A DNA stretch of 64,000 bases from Felis catus (lineage: Eukaryota). The notes beneath the pieces are model-generated. The model was not told the origin of the DNA. It worked only from the letters and a program-made list of their open reading frames with translations, and searched no databases. Position numbers and translations under genes: made by a program. Of the stretch, positions 62,770 through 64,000 are shown one piece after another. Location: positions 15,130,001-15,194,000 of the forward strand of contig NC_058368.1 of assembly GCF_018350175.1 (NCBI RefSeq), written 5' to 3'. How positions within the stretch are numbered: position 1 is the first letter of the stretch; each line of letters starts with the position of its first letter.

Positions 62770-64000
62770 CTTTTTATAGGAAAATTTAAAATTGCACAAT
62801 TAGAGTTGATTATACCTGTAAACCCTTTAATAACTTACCAACACGAAAAAAACAAAACAAAACAAAACAAGGAATTCAATGTTTAGATCCCAAAGATGCC
62901 ATTAACTTTCAAGCCAACTTTATACTTATAATTTTCTGCCTGGAATACAAATCTTTTCTAAGTAAATTCATCTTTCAGTACTTAGGCCACAGATCACTCA
63001 ATAACAGAGTTCTATATTACTCTATGCTGCCACTATAACTTGTAGGTATCTCTCCATGTCACTGACCACACTATTACTATTGTTAGGAACTAATTTTGAG
63101 TTGGTACCATTAAGATGGTATTTGGCTTGAGGACCCAGGTATCCTTGTTCTTCTTGCCTTAGTCCAGGTACCACTTTTCGTCCATGAAGTGCTGAGGGGT
63201 TTAGACGCAAGTAATGCAAGCTGGAAACCAATACACCTATATCTCAAACACCAAGGCAGAAGAACTCTTTGCTTGCTTTAGACTAAAGGCATAAGGCAAG
63301 GGGACCTGTTCCTCCCTCAAACCCAAACCCCACGATCTCAGCACCTTTTAGCTTATATCATAAACCTGAATAACAAAGACAAAAGAATACTCAAAAAAAT
63401 TCATGAGAAGAAAAGATGTAAGAAGAAAACTTGGGAAGCCTAGATGGTTTAGACATTTGTCATGAGAACAGGCCCTAGCACTTTGCTTTGGCTCAATGCT
63501 TCCTGCAGAATGAATGAAAAAAGAGAGAGAAAGCAGCACAGTACAGACTGCTCTAGCGAAAAGGCCCTGCACACATGCAGGGAAAGGAGAAGTGGGAATG
63601 AAATGGGAAAAGCAAGAAAAAATATACAAAGAGAATAGTTGCCCCTGAGAGGAAGAATAAAGTGTTACCCTGCGTTGGAGAGCTTACAATTTTAAATATT
63701 TCCTTTTTGGCTATACCCTGGAACAATGAGCTTGGACATATAAAATACTTAAGTACATTGTACCAAGGTCTGTGGCATAGCTTTTACATAATTACTTTCG
63801 CCTATGAGTGAGCAGGCACCCAATGTCATGTGAAAATCCTGTTTGTTTAAAAAGGCTGACAATGAAAAGTAAAGTGGTGATTGATTAAAAAAATTGTGGT
63901 ACTTCTGTTTTTGTTTTAGTCAACACATCCATCTGACTCAAACCCTACCCCCACCATCCTACCCCTGGGGAAGGACCAGGTCTCAATCCAGGGAAAAAGC

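Overview
This is eukaryotic, repeat-rich DNA from a felid (cat-family) genome, judged from about 35 CAN-SINE/SINEC_Fc elements and a felid-type L1. Two protein-coding genes lie in tandem on the minus strand. The first is the 3' end of SPART (SPG20, spartin): four coding exons at 62769-62575, 61537-61379, 61299-61209 and 52009-51736, plus the 3' UTR. The second is CCDC169 (C13orf38): a CpG-rich promoter near 42.7-43.2 kb and coding exons 1-7 at 42823-1658. These exons are too short for the ORF track but splice in frame, and the last exon lies left of the window. The 25-kb CCDC169 intron 4 holds nested insertions. One is an old ERVL (HERV16/LTR16-like) provirus fragment split by a young 5.7-kb L1 with a perfect 18-bp target-site duplication (TSD); that L1 carries only two disabling lesions, an ORF1 +1 frameshift and an ORF2 codon-23 stop. 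Another is an old L1MC-like element carrying a 3'-truncated 'tailless' 5S rRNA retropseudogene. I found no evidence of a wholly new biological system. The most unusual structures are retrotransposition or recombination oddities: a SINE-spacer-SINE unit inside a single TSD, an inverted young SINE pair sharing a variant, and repeated insertion at one target site. Repeat subfamily names come from recall of consensus sequences, not from a database search.
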